Source: Macrostomum lignano (lineage: Eukaryota). Taken from it: a DNA stretch of 64,000 nucleotides. Position numbers and translations under genes: made by a program. Positions within the stretch are counted from its first letter, which is position 1. The number at the start of each line of letters is the position of its first letter. Below the pieces are notes generated by a model. It ran no database searches. It saw only the letters and a program-made list of their open reading frames with translations, and was not told the DNA's origin. This document shows positions 1 to 12,600 of the stretch, piece after piece. The stretch is from the NCBI GenBank assembly GCA_002269645.1, contig NIVC01000758.1:372001-436000 (forward strand), given 5' to 3'.

Positions 1-2592
1 CATCTCATTGACCCCCTTCCTTAGCATTGGCATCTCATTGATCCCCCTTCCTTAGCATTGGCATCTCATTGATCCCCTTCCTTAGCATTGGCATCTCATT
101 GATCCCCCTTCCTTAGCATTGGCATCTCATTGACCCCCTTCCTTAGCATTGGCATCTCATTGATCCCCTTCCTTAGCATTGGCATCTCATTGACCCCCCT
201 TCCTTAGCATTGGCATCTTATTGATCCCCCTTGAGCATTGGCATCTCATTGATCCCCCTTCCTTAGCATTGGCATCTCATTGACCCCCCCTTCCTTAGCA
301 TTGGCATCTCATTGATCCCCCTTCCTTAGCATTGGCATCTCATTGATCCCCCTTCCTTAGCATTGGCATCTCATTGATCCCCCTTGAGCATTGGCATCTC
401 ATTGATCCCCCTTGAGCATTGGCATCTCATTGATCCCCCTTCCTTAGCATTGGCATCTCATTGACCCCCTTCCTTAGCATTGGCATCTCATTGATCCCCC
501 TTCCTTAGCATTGGCATCTCATTGATCCCCCTTCCTTAGCATTGGCATCTCATTGACCCCCTTCCTTAGCATTGGCATCTCATTGATCCCCTTCCTTAGC
601 ATTGGCATCTCATTGACCCCCTTCCTTAGCATTGGCATCTCATTGATCCCCCTTCCTTAGCATTGGCATCTCATTGACCCCCTTCCTTAGCATTGGCATC
701 TCATTGATCCCCCTTGAGCATTGGCATCTCATTGATCCCCCTTCCTTAGCATTGGCATCTCATTGATCCCCCTTCCTTAGCATTGGCATCTCATTGACCC
801 CCCTTCCTTAGCATTGGCATCTCATTGATCCCCCTTGAGCATTGGCATCTCATTGATCCCCCTTCCTTAGCATTGGCATCTCATTGACCCCCTTCCTTAG
901 CATTGGCATCTCATTGATCCCCCTTGAGCATTGGCATCTCATTGATCCCCCTTCCTTAGCATTGGCATCTCATTGATCCCCCTTGAGCATTGGCATCTCA
1001 TTGATCCCCCTTCCTTAGCATTGGCATCTCATTGACCCCCCTTCCTTAGCATTGGCATCTCATTGATCCCCCTTGAGCATTGGCATCTCATTGATCCCCC
1101 TTCCTTAGCATTGGCATCTCATTGACCCCCTTCCTTAGCATTGGCATCTCATTGATCCCCCTTCCTTAGCATTGGCATCTCATTGACCCCCTTCCTTAGC
1201 ATTGGCATCTCATTGGTCCCCCTTCCTTAGCATTGGCATCTCATTGACCCCCCTTCCTTAGCATTGGCATCTTATTGATCCCCCTTGAGCATTGGCATCT
1301 CATTGATCCCCCTTCCTTAGCATTGGCATCTCATTGACCCCCTTCCTTAGCATTGGCATCTCATTGATCCCCCTTCCTTAGCATTGGCATCTCATTGACC
1401 CCCCTTCCTTAGCATTGGCATCTCATTGATCCCCCTTGAGCATTGGCATCTCATTGATCCCCCTTCCTTAGCATTGGCATCTCATTGACCCCCCTTCCTT
1501 AGCATTGGCATCTCATTGATCCCCCTTGAGCATTGGCATCTCATTGATCCCCCTTCCTTAGCATTGGCATCTCATTGACCCCCCTTCCTTAGCATTGGCA
1601 TCTCATTGATCCCCCTTCCTTAGCATTGGCATCTCATTGACCCCCTTCCTTAGCATTGGCATCTCATTGATCCCCCTTCCTTAGCATTGGCATCTCATTG
1701 ACCCCCCTTCCTTAGCATTGGCATCTTATTGATCCCCCTTGAGCATTGGCATCTCATTGATCCCCCTTCCTTAGCATTGGCATCTCATTGACCCCCCTTC
1801 CTTAGCATTGGCATCTCATTGATCCCCCTTCCTTAGCATTGGCATCTCATTGACCCCCTTCCTTAGCATTGGCATCTCATTGATCCCCCTTGAGCATTGG
1901 CATCTCATTGATCCCCCTTCCTTAGCATTGGCATCTCATTGACCCCCTTCCTTAGCATTGGCATCTCATTGATCCCCTTGAGCATTGGCATCTCATTGAT
2001 CCCCCTTCCTTAGCATTGGCATCTCATTGACCCCCTTCCTTAGCATTGGCATCTCATTGATCCCCCTTCCTTAGCATTGGCATCTCATTGACCCCCTTCC
2101 TTAGCATTGGCATCTCATTGATCCCCCTTCCTTAGCATTGGCATCTCATTGACCCCCCTTCCTTAGCATTGGCATCTCATTGATCCCCTTGAGCATTGGC
2201 ATCTCATTGATCCCCCTTCCTTAGCATTGGCATCTCATTGACCCCCTTCCTTAGCATTGGCATCTCATTGATCCCCCTTCCTTAGCATTGGCATCTCATT
2301 GACCCCCTTCCTTAGCATTGGCATCTCATTGATCCCCCTTCCTTAGCATTGGCATCTCATTGACCCCCCTTCCTTAGCATTGGCATCTCATTGATCCCCC
2401 TTACTTAGCATTGGCATCTCATTGACCCCCTTCCTTAGCATTGGCATCTCATTGATCCCCTTCCTTAGCATTGGCATCTCATTGATCCCCCTTCCTTAGC
2501 ATTGGCATCTCATTGATCCCCCTTCCTTAGCATTGGCATCTCATTGATCCCCCTTCCTTAGCATTGGCATCTCATTGATCCCCCTTGAGCAT
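1..2592 (+). repeat. Minisatellite array, 28-32 bp unit (ATTGGCATCTCATTGA[T/C]CCCCCTTCCTTAGC; short variant ...CCCCCTTGAGC); runs off the window start
   Basis: Unit read directly; >80 copies varying mainly in C-run length. Confidence 0.97.
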
Positions 2593-2861
2593 TGACATTT
2601 AGTATTGCTAAACATTAGAAGGCAGTATTAGTATATTTTATATCCTTTATTTGTTACGAGGTACAATTTGGTCACAACTTTAATCTAGAAGGATATAAGT
2701 TTAGACATATGCACAGCCTACAGAATTTTGCCCTGGCAACTGCCCTGGAGAGCCTTTTTGCAACTCAGCTTTGCTTTGTATTCAATTTAAATTTTATCTC
2801 TCCGGCTTCAACTTTTTAATGCTTCATCTCTCTCTTGACTTTGACTTTTGACTCTTTTGAC

Positions 2862-3478
2862 TGAGATGCCAATGCTCAATGGGAATCAATGAGATGCCAA
2901 TGCTCAATGGGAATCAATGAGATGCCAATGCTCAATGGGAATCAATGAGATGCCAATGCTAAGGAAGGGGGATCAATGAGATGCCAATGCTAAGGAAGGG
3001 GGATCAATGAGATGCCAATGCTAAGAAAGGGGGATCAATGAGATGCCAATGCTAAGGAAGGGGGATCAATGAGATGCCAATGCTAAGGAAGGGGGATCAA
3101 TGAGATGCCAATGCTAAGGAAGGGGGATCAATGAGATGCCAATGCTAAGGAAGGGGGATCAATGAGATGCCAATGCTAAGGAAGGGGGATCAATGAGATG
3201 CCAATGCTAAGAAAGGGGGATCAATGAGATGCCAATGCTAAGGAAGGGGGATCAACGAGATGCCAATGCTAAGGAAGGGGGATCAATGAGATGCCAATGC
3301 TAAGGAAGGGGGAACAATGAGATGCCAATGCTAAGGAAGGGGGATCAATGAGATGCCAATGCTAAGGAAGGGGGATCAATGAGATGCCAATGCTAAGGAA
3401 GGGGGATCAATGAGATGCCAATGCTAAGGAAGGGGATCAACGAGATGCCAATGCTAAGGAAGGGGATCAATGAGATGC
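2862..3478 (-). repeat. Inverted block of the same minisatellite (GAGATGCCAATGCTAAGGAAGGGGGATCAAT)n
   Basis: Reverse complement of the unit at 1-2592; about 20 copies; ~270 bp unique spacer. Confidence 0.95.
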
Positions 3479-4013
3479 CGCATGCTTCATCTCTCTTTTG
3501 ACTTGATTTTCTAAACACCAAGGTAAGTTTTTCTTCACGACTTTAAGCCCCATGCACAGGCGCGTCAGTAAAATGGTGCAAATTGAAGCCTTCACTGGCT
3601 TTGCCCCGTCCTTCGCCTAGTGTGAATAATAAAGTCAGAACAAAATGCAGGAACAGTTCTAATTAAGGTAAAGTAAACGACCAATGCCCTCAAGATCAGG
3701 GCGAATGCCTGCAGTATATTGTTAATGATTTCAATGCCAGCAGTTTACAATGATTTCAATGAGAATGCAGTGCTGGTTGCTGTGCAACCTGTAAATCTGG
3801 AGTAAATGCAAGCAGTACTATTGAGCTACTAAATCAGACAGTCATTCATAATACAGGTGGGCAATGTACTAGATCGCAGTATAACAATAAAAGCAATCAA
3901 CTTAGCTCAAAGCATACCCATACATGCACATGCAGGTCAGTGAGACCCAAAGTACATGCCACTGTTCTCAACTGTCAGTTCGAGTTAAGGCAGTTGCCAT
4001 GACAACCGGCACA

Positions 4014-4814
4014 TCACTTGGCCCCATTCTGCAGCTCGGCAGGCTTGTCGATCTCTATGGGGACATCCTTGAGCTGCGGCTTCTCCTTGGCGGGCGGAGC
4101 CTCGAACGGCGCCTCGATGCAGAGCCGGCCGTCCTGGCTGAGCTTGCTGGCCACCTGGTCCAGCTTGGTGCCGGCGGGCAGCTGGAACTCTCTCTCCAGC
4201 CGCTTGTGGATCCGCTGCCCGTTCGACTCGTCCTTGTGCTCAGCCTCGACTCGCACGCAGTCGCCCTGCTGCTTGATGCGGATCTCGTCCGGCTTGAACT
4301 CGCGCACCGACAGCTCCGCCTTGAACCGCTTGCTGCCGTCGCTGGCCTCCACCAGCTGGCCGGACTGCAGGTCGCCTCGCAGCAGACTGCGCAGCTCGTC
4401 CCACACCGAGTCCTGCTGCTGCTGTTGCTGCTTGAGCTGCTGCTCCTTGAACGGCGCCTTCAGCACCAGCATGCCGTCCTGGGTGAAGCCGCTGCTCAGC
4501 TTCTCAGCGTCCACCTCCTCCGGCAGCTCCACCGACCGCTTCACCTCCGTCGAGTCCTCGCCGTTCTCGAGCCGAGCCACCACGCGCACCTTCCGGTCCT
4601 CTCGCTTCACCGACACGTCCTTCGGGGGGAAGCCGCGAAGGTCGACAGTCCGGCTCCACTGCCGAGGTCGCCTCGGACCCCGGTGGCGCAGCAGCTGCAC
4701 CAGCGGGTCGTACTCGGGCGTCAGCCAGTCGTCCAGCTCGCTCATGGCTGCCGCGAGCGGTAGGGCGTGCGAGAACGGCGTGTACACGTTGCTTGGCGCG
4801 ATCCAGAGCGACAT
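4014..4814 (-). CDS. Small heat-shock protein with two tandem alpha-crystallin domains (p40/Tsp36-like), intronless, 266 aa
   Basis: Two ACD-like repeats: VDLRGFPPKDVSVK...KRSVELPEEVDAEKLSSGFTQDGMLVLKAP and LSVREFKPDEIRIK...EREFQLPAGTKLDQVASKLSQDGRLCIEAP; HSEs upstream. Confidence 0.93.
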   Translation of the reverse strand: MSLWIAPSNVYTPFSHALPLAAAMSELDDWLTPEYDPLVQLLRHRGPRRPRQWSRTVDLRGFPPKDVSVKREDRKVRVVARLENGEDSTEVKRSVELPEEVDAEKLSSGFTQDGMLVLKAPFKEQQLKQQQQQQDSVWDELRSLLRGDLQSGQLVEASDGSKRFKAELSVREFKPDEIRIKQQGDCVRVEAEHKDESNGQRIHKRLEREFQLPAGTKLDQVASKLSQDGRLCIEAPFEAPPAKEKPQLKDVPIEIDKPAELQNGAK

Positions 4815-4935
4815 TGTGGCGAATTCGCTTGATTGTTGAACGCTTCGAGTGCTTTGATTGGTTTGCTTGGATTGCTTTCGATTGGCTTGTTTGCTTGCTT
4901 TGCAACTTGACTCTTCGAGAATCAGCCTGTCGCGC

Positions 4936-4942
4936 TTATATA
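4936..4942 (-). promoter_or_regulatory. TATA box (TATATAA) of the sHSP gene
   Basis: Plus strand ttatata, ~120 bp upstream of the ATG and just downstream of the HSEs. Confidence 0.75.
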
Positions 4943-4954
4943 GACTGCGCGGTT

Positions 4955-4969
4955 GGAAGTTTCTAGAAG
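4955..4969. promoter_or_regulatory. Heat-shock element, 3 units (gGAAgtTTCtaGAAg)
   Basis: Perfect alternating nGAAn pentamers upstream of the sHSP TATA box. Confidence 0.88.
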
Positions 4970-4987
4970 TATTGTGTCACTGACTTG

Positions 4988-5007
4988 ATTCTGGAAATTT
5001 CTAGAAA
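4988..5007. promoter_or_regulatory. Heat-shock element, 4 units (tTTCtgGAAatTTCtaGAAa)
   Basis: Perfect alternating nGAAn pentamers. Confidence 0.88.
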
Positions 5008-6570
5008 TGGGGCTGTTTTTTCACAAAATACGATAAAATGATCGTATTTCTACTTACAGTAGATTAAATAAACATGTTATGTTTTCGAGTGACTTGTTTG
5101 TTTGTGGAGTAGCCTGCCTATCTAAAATTTGCAGTTTTTAAGTATGGTGTAGGCTTTTAAGATGTAAAGAACTACGATGTTACAAATTTTGTTTTTACGT
5201 TTTTATAATAAGTGTGGTAGGGCGAGCTACCACTCCGAGCAAGAACGTTTCGTGAGACGGGTGACATCACCGCTATGACTCGTTGTATTTTGTCACCCGG
5301 TGCGCCGTCCCATGCCCCATCCCTCGCCCCATCTTTTGCCGATGCTCTAAGTTTTGTTTTTTCTCCGTTCCCGGCTTTGTTGCCGTCCGTTGCCCCATCT
5401 TTTGCCCCATTCTCCGCCCCATCCCTTGCCTTGTTGCCCCATCTGTTGCCCCATCCCTGTCCGGGCGACACTTCCTCTATTTATATGGCCAATTCGGGCC
5501 GCCTGTTATTATGCTCGTGTTCTTCGTTTTGTTTTTGGTTTTGTTTTTAGTTTCTTTTGTTGGTTTAACGTAGCATAACTTAGTTTGGTGTTTTAAGTTT
5601 TCTTTGGTTAGTGAAATTGGCACCCGGCACCGGCCGCGATCACCGTCGGTTTTTTGTTTCAAATAACTTTTCTAATTTAACCAGCACCCAGCCTGCTCAA
5701 TAAATAAACCCAGTAATAATTAAAATAAGTTGTTCAATCATCGAAGCCCATAATAGTTATCTTGAGTCATTTGCCCGTGGGGCGTTAAACAACCGAATCG
5801 ATCTCAACTCTAAGCGAGCTCCGAGATCCCAACGTTCCGTAATACGGATCAAATTACGGTGGTGGCAGCGCTACTCTACTGACGGTAATCAGTACGACAA
5901 TTCAAAAGCAGATTTACGGTGTCTAGACCAATTGAGTCTACGGATCTGAACGACCGGGCCGCTATACGACCGCTCGACTACGATTACAACTACCCTCCCC
6001 CCGGACTTGAGAACCCGGCTGTCGGAGTAAAACAGGAGAAGAAATTTCGTTGTGATTCGGCTGCGCGTTTTTCCGGTTTTATTCGTGCGAACTCAACGCC
6101 GGCGGCAATTCAAACGAGGAATCCGCCCCACCGCAGACTGGTGTCAGCAAATTCAAAAACAACCGTTCTAAGAAAGTTCTTCTCCACCCCCACCTCATAA
6201 GAAATAAACTTTTTGGAGTTTCTAGGAAATCTTCAGTCGAGGCTTTACTCCATTCAGACTAACCGTCGATAGACGATAGTAAATTTTTACAGTTTTACAA
6301 CAGTTTCAAGGATCTTTTTTATGGGATCACCAGTACTGATTACTATATTGATAGGTCATATAGAATAAAGCCATACTGGAGATCGTGTAGGCCTAAGATA
6401 TGCTAGAAATTTCTTGTAGGGGCCTAGGCCTACTATAAATTTGGGTTGGCAATTAGAAGTTGGTATATAATAGGTAAATAGAGTTTGGCCTATTATATAG
6501 AGTTATTATGTAGATAATAGAGGGTATATTATATTGAATAGGAAGGCGAAAATCAACATTAAATAAATTT

Positions 6571-7000
6571 AATTGAATGATGGGTTTTGCATGATACTGT
6601 GCATCTTCAGGTTTAGTTAGGCCTATTTTTGAGCAAAAGAAAAGAGTGAGTTTGGCAGTAAATAAGTACAAAATTTTGGAGTGTAAATTCAATCAATATT
6701 TGAAGTACATGTTTGTTGGTCCAAAAGTCAAGAGGCTGAGGGAGCACTTCTGAGGGAGTGCCCCCTCCCTCAGAACACATAGCAGAACATGTCCTGCGGA
6801 CCCACGCCACTGTGTTGGAGTTGACTGTTGAGGTTGGGGGAATGCACTTTTGACTTTTGGACCAACAAACATGTGCTTCAAATATTGATTGAATTTACAT
6901 TCTAAATTTTTGTTTTTATTTATTACCAATCTCACTCATTTCTTTTGCTCAAAAATAAACCTGAAGATGCACAGTATTGTGTAAAATGCATTGTTCAATT
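6571..7000. repeat. Long imperfect inverted repeat (~155-165 bp arms, ~110 bp spacer), MITE/foldback-like
   Basis: 6571-6734 (aattgaatga...ggtccaaaagtcaagag) aligns with the reverse complement of ~6846-7000; no TSD identified. Confidence 0.8.
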
Positions 7001-7385
7001 GTCATTGGCATGATTGCTCTCACTGAAATCATCCCACTGCTGAGTCACCAAAGTTATAATTATAACAGTCTACTCTTCTATTTCCTATTATTGAATATCC
7101 CACTGTTGTGACCAAAGTTGTAACAGGGGTTTGAGCTCTCAAGAAATCTTACTAATGCCACTAGCTATTACAAGGGTTATTTCTTCTTACTGATCTTACT
7201 GGTTATTACTTGCCTTTTTACTGGTAATTCATGTACTTCTATTAATCTATTGGTAGCGTATGTACTTCTACTGGTAGCATATATACTTTGATTATACTGG
7301 CCTGAGTAGTCTTTAGGCACTGTCTATCTTATTCCTATACCCTTCTAAAGATATTACTTTCTTAGTCTAGGGCATTTCTGGGATC

Positions 7386-7860
7386 AGAAGGTCACAGCTT
7401 ACTAACTAGATATTCTGCCCTAGGGTGGGTTTCTCAGATTCTAAGTCTAGACTTCTTTACCTTGTGGTAAGATTTTTTTCTACCTTCTAAAAGCAATCTC
7501 TTAGATTCTAGATCTAGATATCTCATTCTTCTTAGAATGGGTTGAACTCTCCAAATCTTTTGGTTTCTAGTGCTTCTAAATAATTAAGTCAGCAAATATT
7601 TATCAAGCTTCAATTCAAAATACTAGAATAGATTATAAGCCCAAAGCTAAGCAAGGCAAGTTGTTTCTTCTCCTGCTAACAGCTTGTGTATTTATACTCC
7701 TTTTTGGTGAGTTTTAGAACAAATAAAATTTTATAATATTCATAATATTTAAAATATTACTGATATTATACTTGTTAAAACAAAATAGCCTAATTTCAAA
7801 TGTGATACATTCTAGCAAAGTGATGCAAAACAATAAAGCCTATTTCAACTGCCTTCCCTA
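7386..7860 (+). repeat. Dispersed AT-rich repeat, copy A
   Basis: Aligns by eye with 14423-14897 (ggtcacagcttactaact...gtgatgc), with scattered substitutions. Confidence 0.85.
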
Positions 7861-8672
7861 AGACAATATTTACAAAAAATTTAGTAAAATTTGATGTGAG
7901 TAAAATTGTCAAAATGTAAACAAAATATTTAAGCAGCACATAAAATGATGAAATGATATTTTCAAGGCAAAAGTATAAAGTATGTCAAATAGTACACTAA
8001 GGCAAAAGTAAAAGGACAAAGTTAGGCAATATTTATAGGCAAAAACACACCATTATAATGATCAATGATAAAGAACATAAATTAGAATGCAAATTAGAAT
8101 GCTATTAAAATGCAAAGGATAAGGTACAGTTTACAACATAAAATGCTAAGTAAAAGTTAACACATGCCAAAAGTTAGTAAAAGTATAATAGCAAAACACA
8201 AAAAGTTCATTCACTTATCAGTTCAGCTTCTAGAATTCACAAGGGGCAGGCATGTCTCGAAACATTGGCCAATCAAACCGCATGAGCATCCACTGCAGCT
8301 TGATGTTGATCAGTTGCCGGTGTCCTGGCTGATCTATCTGCTGGTGAAGTCTCTCTGCAACGTGTCAGATCATAGCAATAGCCTTGCTCATGTTGGTGCA
8401 GTGCTTCAAAAGTCAAAGTGCTGGCCAGGCTTGCGACCACTGAGGCAATGGTTGATCAAGTCACAGATACACAATTCTGATCAAGTACTGCTCCAGGCTG
8501 TGGATGGCTCGCTGCAACAGGTCGCCACAAGTCTGCCTAAGCTGACAGACCAAGTCCTCATAAGGCAATAATGGTGGCACTGGTCATCGCTGGACTAGCG
8601 GTTGCGAAGGCTACTGGCTGATGCTAAAATAGCTGTATCATCCCTCGGGGCTGCTGCTGCCATGGTGTTGGC

Positions 8673-9578
8673 TTTTTCTTTTTCTTCTTCAGCACTTGTC
8701 TAGTGGCGCAGCGGCGCCAAAATGGATGGGGGCCAATGCCCCATGCTCCGGAGGCCCAGCTCGGTAAGGAGGCGCTCCACTTCAGTGCCGACCAGGCGAA
8801 TGCGGTGCGCATCCCCCCTTGGGCAGTTGTAGATCGCGTGCAGGCTCGAGTCCAGTGCCCCGCAGTCCTGGCAGAGCAGGGAGTCTGTCAGGCCGAAATG
8901 ATGTTGGACCTCGGCGGCGAGCATTGAGGCACCAGCTCGGATTTGGCAGACCGCCCTGTGCTCGGTCTGGCTTCTAGTGTAGAAGATTGGCCAGGTCGGG
9001 GGCATAACGCTGTTGTCAAGCGCACAGCAGTCTCGGTGAATGGCAGCCTTAGCAGTGCCCAGCAAAATGGCAGCCGTGGTTTGCAGCAAGCGGGCTGCGG
9101 CGTTCGCAGCTCTGTCCGGGGCTTCGTTAGTGGGTATGCCACAGTGGGCAGGGACCCAGGCGAGGTCAATGTCATTGAGGTCGCAGGTGCCCAGGCTGAT
9201 AAGGAACCGCCAGCAGGAGAGGTCGCTCTCGGTGCGCTGGTCAAGGGGGCCCGCTTGCAGGGCCATGAGAAACAATAGCGAGTCACTGCACAACCAGATG
9301 TGGGCTGTGCAAGGGGCGATCTTCACGACAAAGTTGAGGGTGTCCTTGATAGCGTGCATCTTGGCATCAAAGGAGCTGCAAAAGTGGCCAGCTGGGCTCT
9401 TCTAGATGAAGGTCACCCAGTTGGTACCAATGATGGCAGTGCTGCCTTCCGGCCCTGTGCTATTAGCAATGGAGCCATCCGTCTAAATGTTGATGTCAGC
9501 TTCAGGTAGGGCCTCCAGGGTGTTGCAGGCGGCTGCATTCCAGTCGGCAGATGGGTCAGTGTTGGTGTTGGCTGCTGT
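8673..9578 (-). mobile_element. Older 5'-truncated, degenerate non-LTR retrotransposon (RNase H plus C-terminal zinc motif), related to the adjacent element
   Basis: Minus strand NI*TDGS (Trp to stop), WVPAHCGIPTNEAPDRAA, CQDCGALDSSLHAIYNCP; GAA/AAAAAG-rich tail at 8673-8690. Confidence 0.85.
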
Positions 9579-9603
9579 GGCTGCCGCTGCCAAGGTGTCA
9601 GCT

Positions 9604-12600
9604 TCTTCTTCTTCAGGGCTTGTCCGGGTCGGGATTAGCCGAAATGGACGGGGGCATGCGCCCCATGCTACGCAGGAGGCCGAAAAGGGTGGTCGGGGAC
9701 TCCAACAAGTCCTCGGCCGCGCGGATGCCGTGCAGGGCGCGGTAGCGGTCCCCGCGAGGGCAGGCGAGCAGGATGTGCCTGACTGTGTCGAGTTCGCCGC
9801 AGTCAGGGCAGTTGGCTGTCTCGGTGAGGCCCATCTGATGGAACGAGCTGTTGTTGATGGTGCTGGCTCCGGCTCGCAGCTGATTGAGGAGGACTTGGCG
9901 CTGCCGGGTCATGGTGGCGGGTGGCTGCTTAAAGGCGCCCACGACCGCAAGATCGAGGGACCTGCGGCTGCGCCGGGCGGCGGCTTTGGCGGTGCTGAGT
10001 GGAAGCTCGACGTGGCGTTGCTCTAGTTGGGCGGCACGGGAAGCCGCCTGATCCGCCGCCTCGTTGCCGGCGATTCCGCAATGTGCGGGGACCCAGGCGA
10101 AGGAGGGGGGGCGACCGTCGGCCTTCAGGCTCATGATCGAGTCCCAGCAAGCTGCTGCGGTCGGATCGGTCTGGTCGATGGGACCGGCGAGCAGGGCGGT
10201 GAGGGCGCTGAGGCTGTCGGTGGCGATCCAGTGCGGCTCGGCGGCGCGGTCAGCTTGCAGGTATTTGAGCGCCTCTTGGATGGCAACGAGTTCGGCGGTG
10301 TAGCTGCTGCAGAGGGCGCCTGCGGCAGCCGGAAGTTCGACGTTGTTGTTCTCGTCGCGCACAATGATAGCGGCCCCGCCACCATTCTTGTAGCCTTCCG
10401 TCACGGAACCGTCGGTCCAGATCGTGTTGGACTCGCAGAGAGTCGCGATGATGTCGGTCGCGTGGTGGGCTCTGATGTCTGGCGGCATGTCGCGGTGGGT
10501 CCTGAGGCTGGCTCGAAGGTCGAAGATGATGTCGCTGGCGCCGGTGGTTCTCCAGGGCTCAACGCCGAGAGGCGGCGGGGCGTGTGGGAACTGGTCCAGG
10601 GCGGCGGCGCACTCAAGCTCGAGGGCGGCGCGGCGCCAGCAGCCACGGTGCGGGCGGAGGGCGTCTTTCTGGCATCCAGGTTGGTTGACGGCAGGCGTGG
10701 CATCCGGGCTGTTGCGGGTTTGGCGCTGCAGGGCTTCGTAGCTGCGGTTCTTAAGGCGTGGTCGTGTGACACGTTCGGCAGTTTCGCGAGCCGGGGTGCC
10801 CTCCGGGAGGCGCAGGAGGCGTTCTCGGAGATTGCATGCGCGTTCGACAGCAACGTGGCTGATAGGTGGGAGTCCGGCGGTAGATAGCAGTTCCTTGGCC
10901 TCGGTGGGGCGGATACATCCAGTGATGAGGCGGGCGCAGGCATTTTGTTGGCGTTCGACTGCTAGTCGGGTGCTGGGTGCTGATCCGCACATCCAGATGC
11001 CGCTGCCATAGTCAGCGATGGCGCGGATGGTGGCGGTGTACACCGTGCGGAGGATGTCCTGCGTGGCGCCACTTGACCGGTGTGCGATCGCTTGGAGGGG
11101 GCGACGTCGGGCCGCCATGCGTCTGCAGACTTCTTTAGCGTGCTTGGTGAAGGTGAGCTGGTCGTCCAGTTTGATGCCGAGGAAGGTCGGGTTAGGGTCG
11201 CTTTGCAGAGGTTCGCCTTTAAGAGTCAGCTGGAGCGGAATCTTGCCTCGCGTCTCGCTTGGGCTCAAGGAGAAGGTGGTGTAGCTGCATTTGCTGGTAC
11301 TGAGCTCCATGTGCCAGTTCTCGCACCAGGTGGCCAGAGCCTCGTTCGCAGGCTGGAGGATGGCTTCGCAGTCCTTCAGACTGGGCGCCGTGGCGAGGAT
11401 GGCGCTGTCGTCGGCGTAGAGGCTGACTTTGGATCGCGGAGAGGCTTGAAGGATGTCGCTTGCCAGGTCGTCAATGTAGACCAGCCAGAGGAGGGGAGCC
11501 AGGACAGAGCCTTGTGGCAAGCCCTCTTTGAAAATGCGCTCGCGGGATAGGCAGTTGTTGACACGGACGCGGGCTCGGCGGTCGCTGATGAAGCTGTTCG
11601 TCCAGCGGAGTGCGCAGGGTGTAATGCATTTCAGGCTGAGCTTGTAGATGTTACCCTTCCTCCAGACCTTGTCATAGGCTCGGGACATGTCGTAGACCCC
11701 CAGGGCGCTGCGCTGGGGTGGTAGCTCTTCAAGGCCGTCAAAAATGTCTTGCGTGATGCGCGCAATCTGTTCTTCACACGACCGACCGCTGCGGAAACCG
11801 GCCTGGACATTGCTGAGGCGGCCGCGCTGTTCAAGGTGGTGCCTGAGGCGCTTCTGTACCAGTCTTTCGGCAACCTTGGCGATACAGCTGGTGAGGGCGA
11901 TGGGCCTGAAGCTGCTTGGGTCAGAGGCCGGTTTGCCGCGCTTGGGTATTGGGATGATATTGGCCCGTTTCCACTGGTGCGGGCAGCAACCGGAGAGCCA
12001 CGACTTGTTGATAAGGTCGAGGAGGCGGCTTTCAGTGCACGGCGGGAGGTGTTTCAGCATCTCGTTGCTGACCCCATCTGCGCCGGGGCTTTTCCCAGAT
12101 TTGAGTGCGCGCAGAGCGCTCTGCAGTTCGCTGCCGCTGAACGGGCTGCAAAGGCCGGATTTCTGATTGCCAGGGCAGCAAATCTGTTTCATCGCCTTGT
12201 GGGCGAGCCGGGCAATGGGGTGGTCCTCCTTGCGTCGGTGATTTCGAGAAACTTCGGCGTAGATGTTGCAGAAGAGATTGGCTTTTTCGCTCGGGGTGGT
12301 AGCCGTTCGCTGGCGGGATCCAGGTTTGGCAGGAGTGCTCAGGGCCGCATTGGCGGGGGAGGCGGCGGCTCTCCTCGGAGCGAGCGGGCGAGGGCAAAGA
12401 GGTCGCTGTTTAGGTTGAGTTCGCCGATCTTTTGTTGCCAGTGCTGTTGTTTGGCGGAGTTGATGGTGTCGGCCGCGGTCTTGCGGGCGCTGTGGAAGGC
12501 GTTGATGTCGTGCTCGGACTTGCTCTGCTCAGCGGTGTGTCGCGCACGGTTGCGTTCGTCGCAGGCGTGTTGGCAGGCGTCCGTCCAGAACGGCTTGCAA

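Noticed and set aside
1-2592. CRISPR-like array (repeat of about 30 bp)
   Set aside because: Units are contiguous with no unique spacers, there are no cas genes, and the context is eukaryotic with introns
5172-6250. CpG-rich segment with repeated GCCCCATC motifs, possibly a transposon
   Set aside because: No TIRs, TSD or coding hallmark identified
8164-8640. Plus-strand ORF 8164-8571 or a decayed minus-strand ORF
   Set aside because: No recognisable domain, and the stop density on the minus strand is near random expectation
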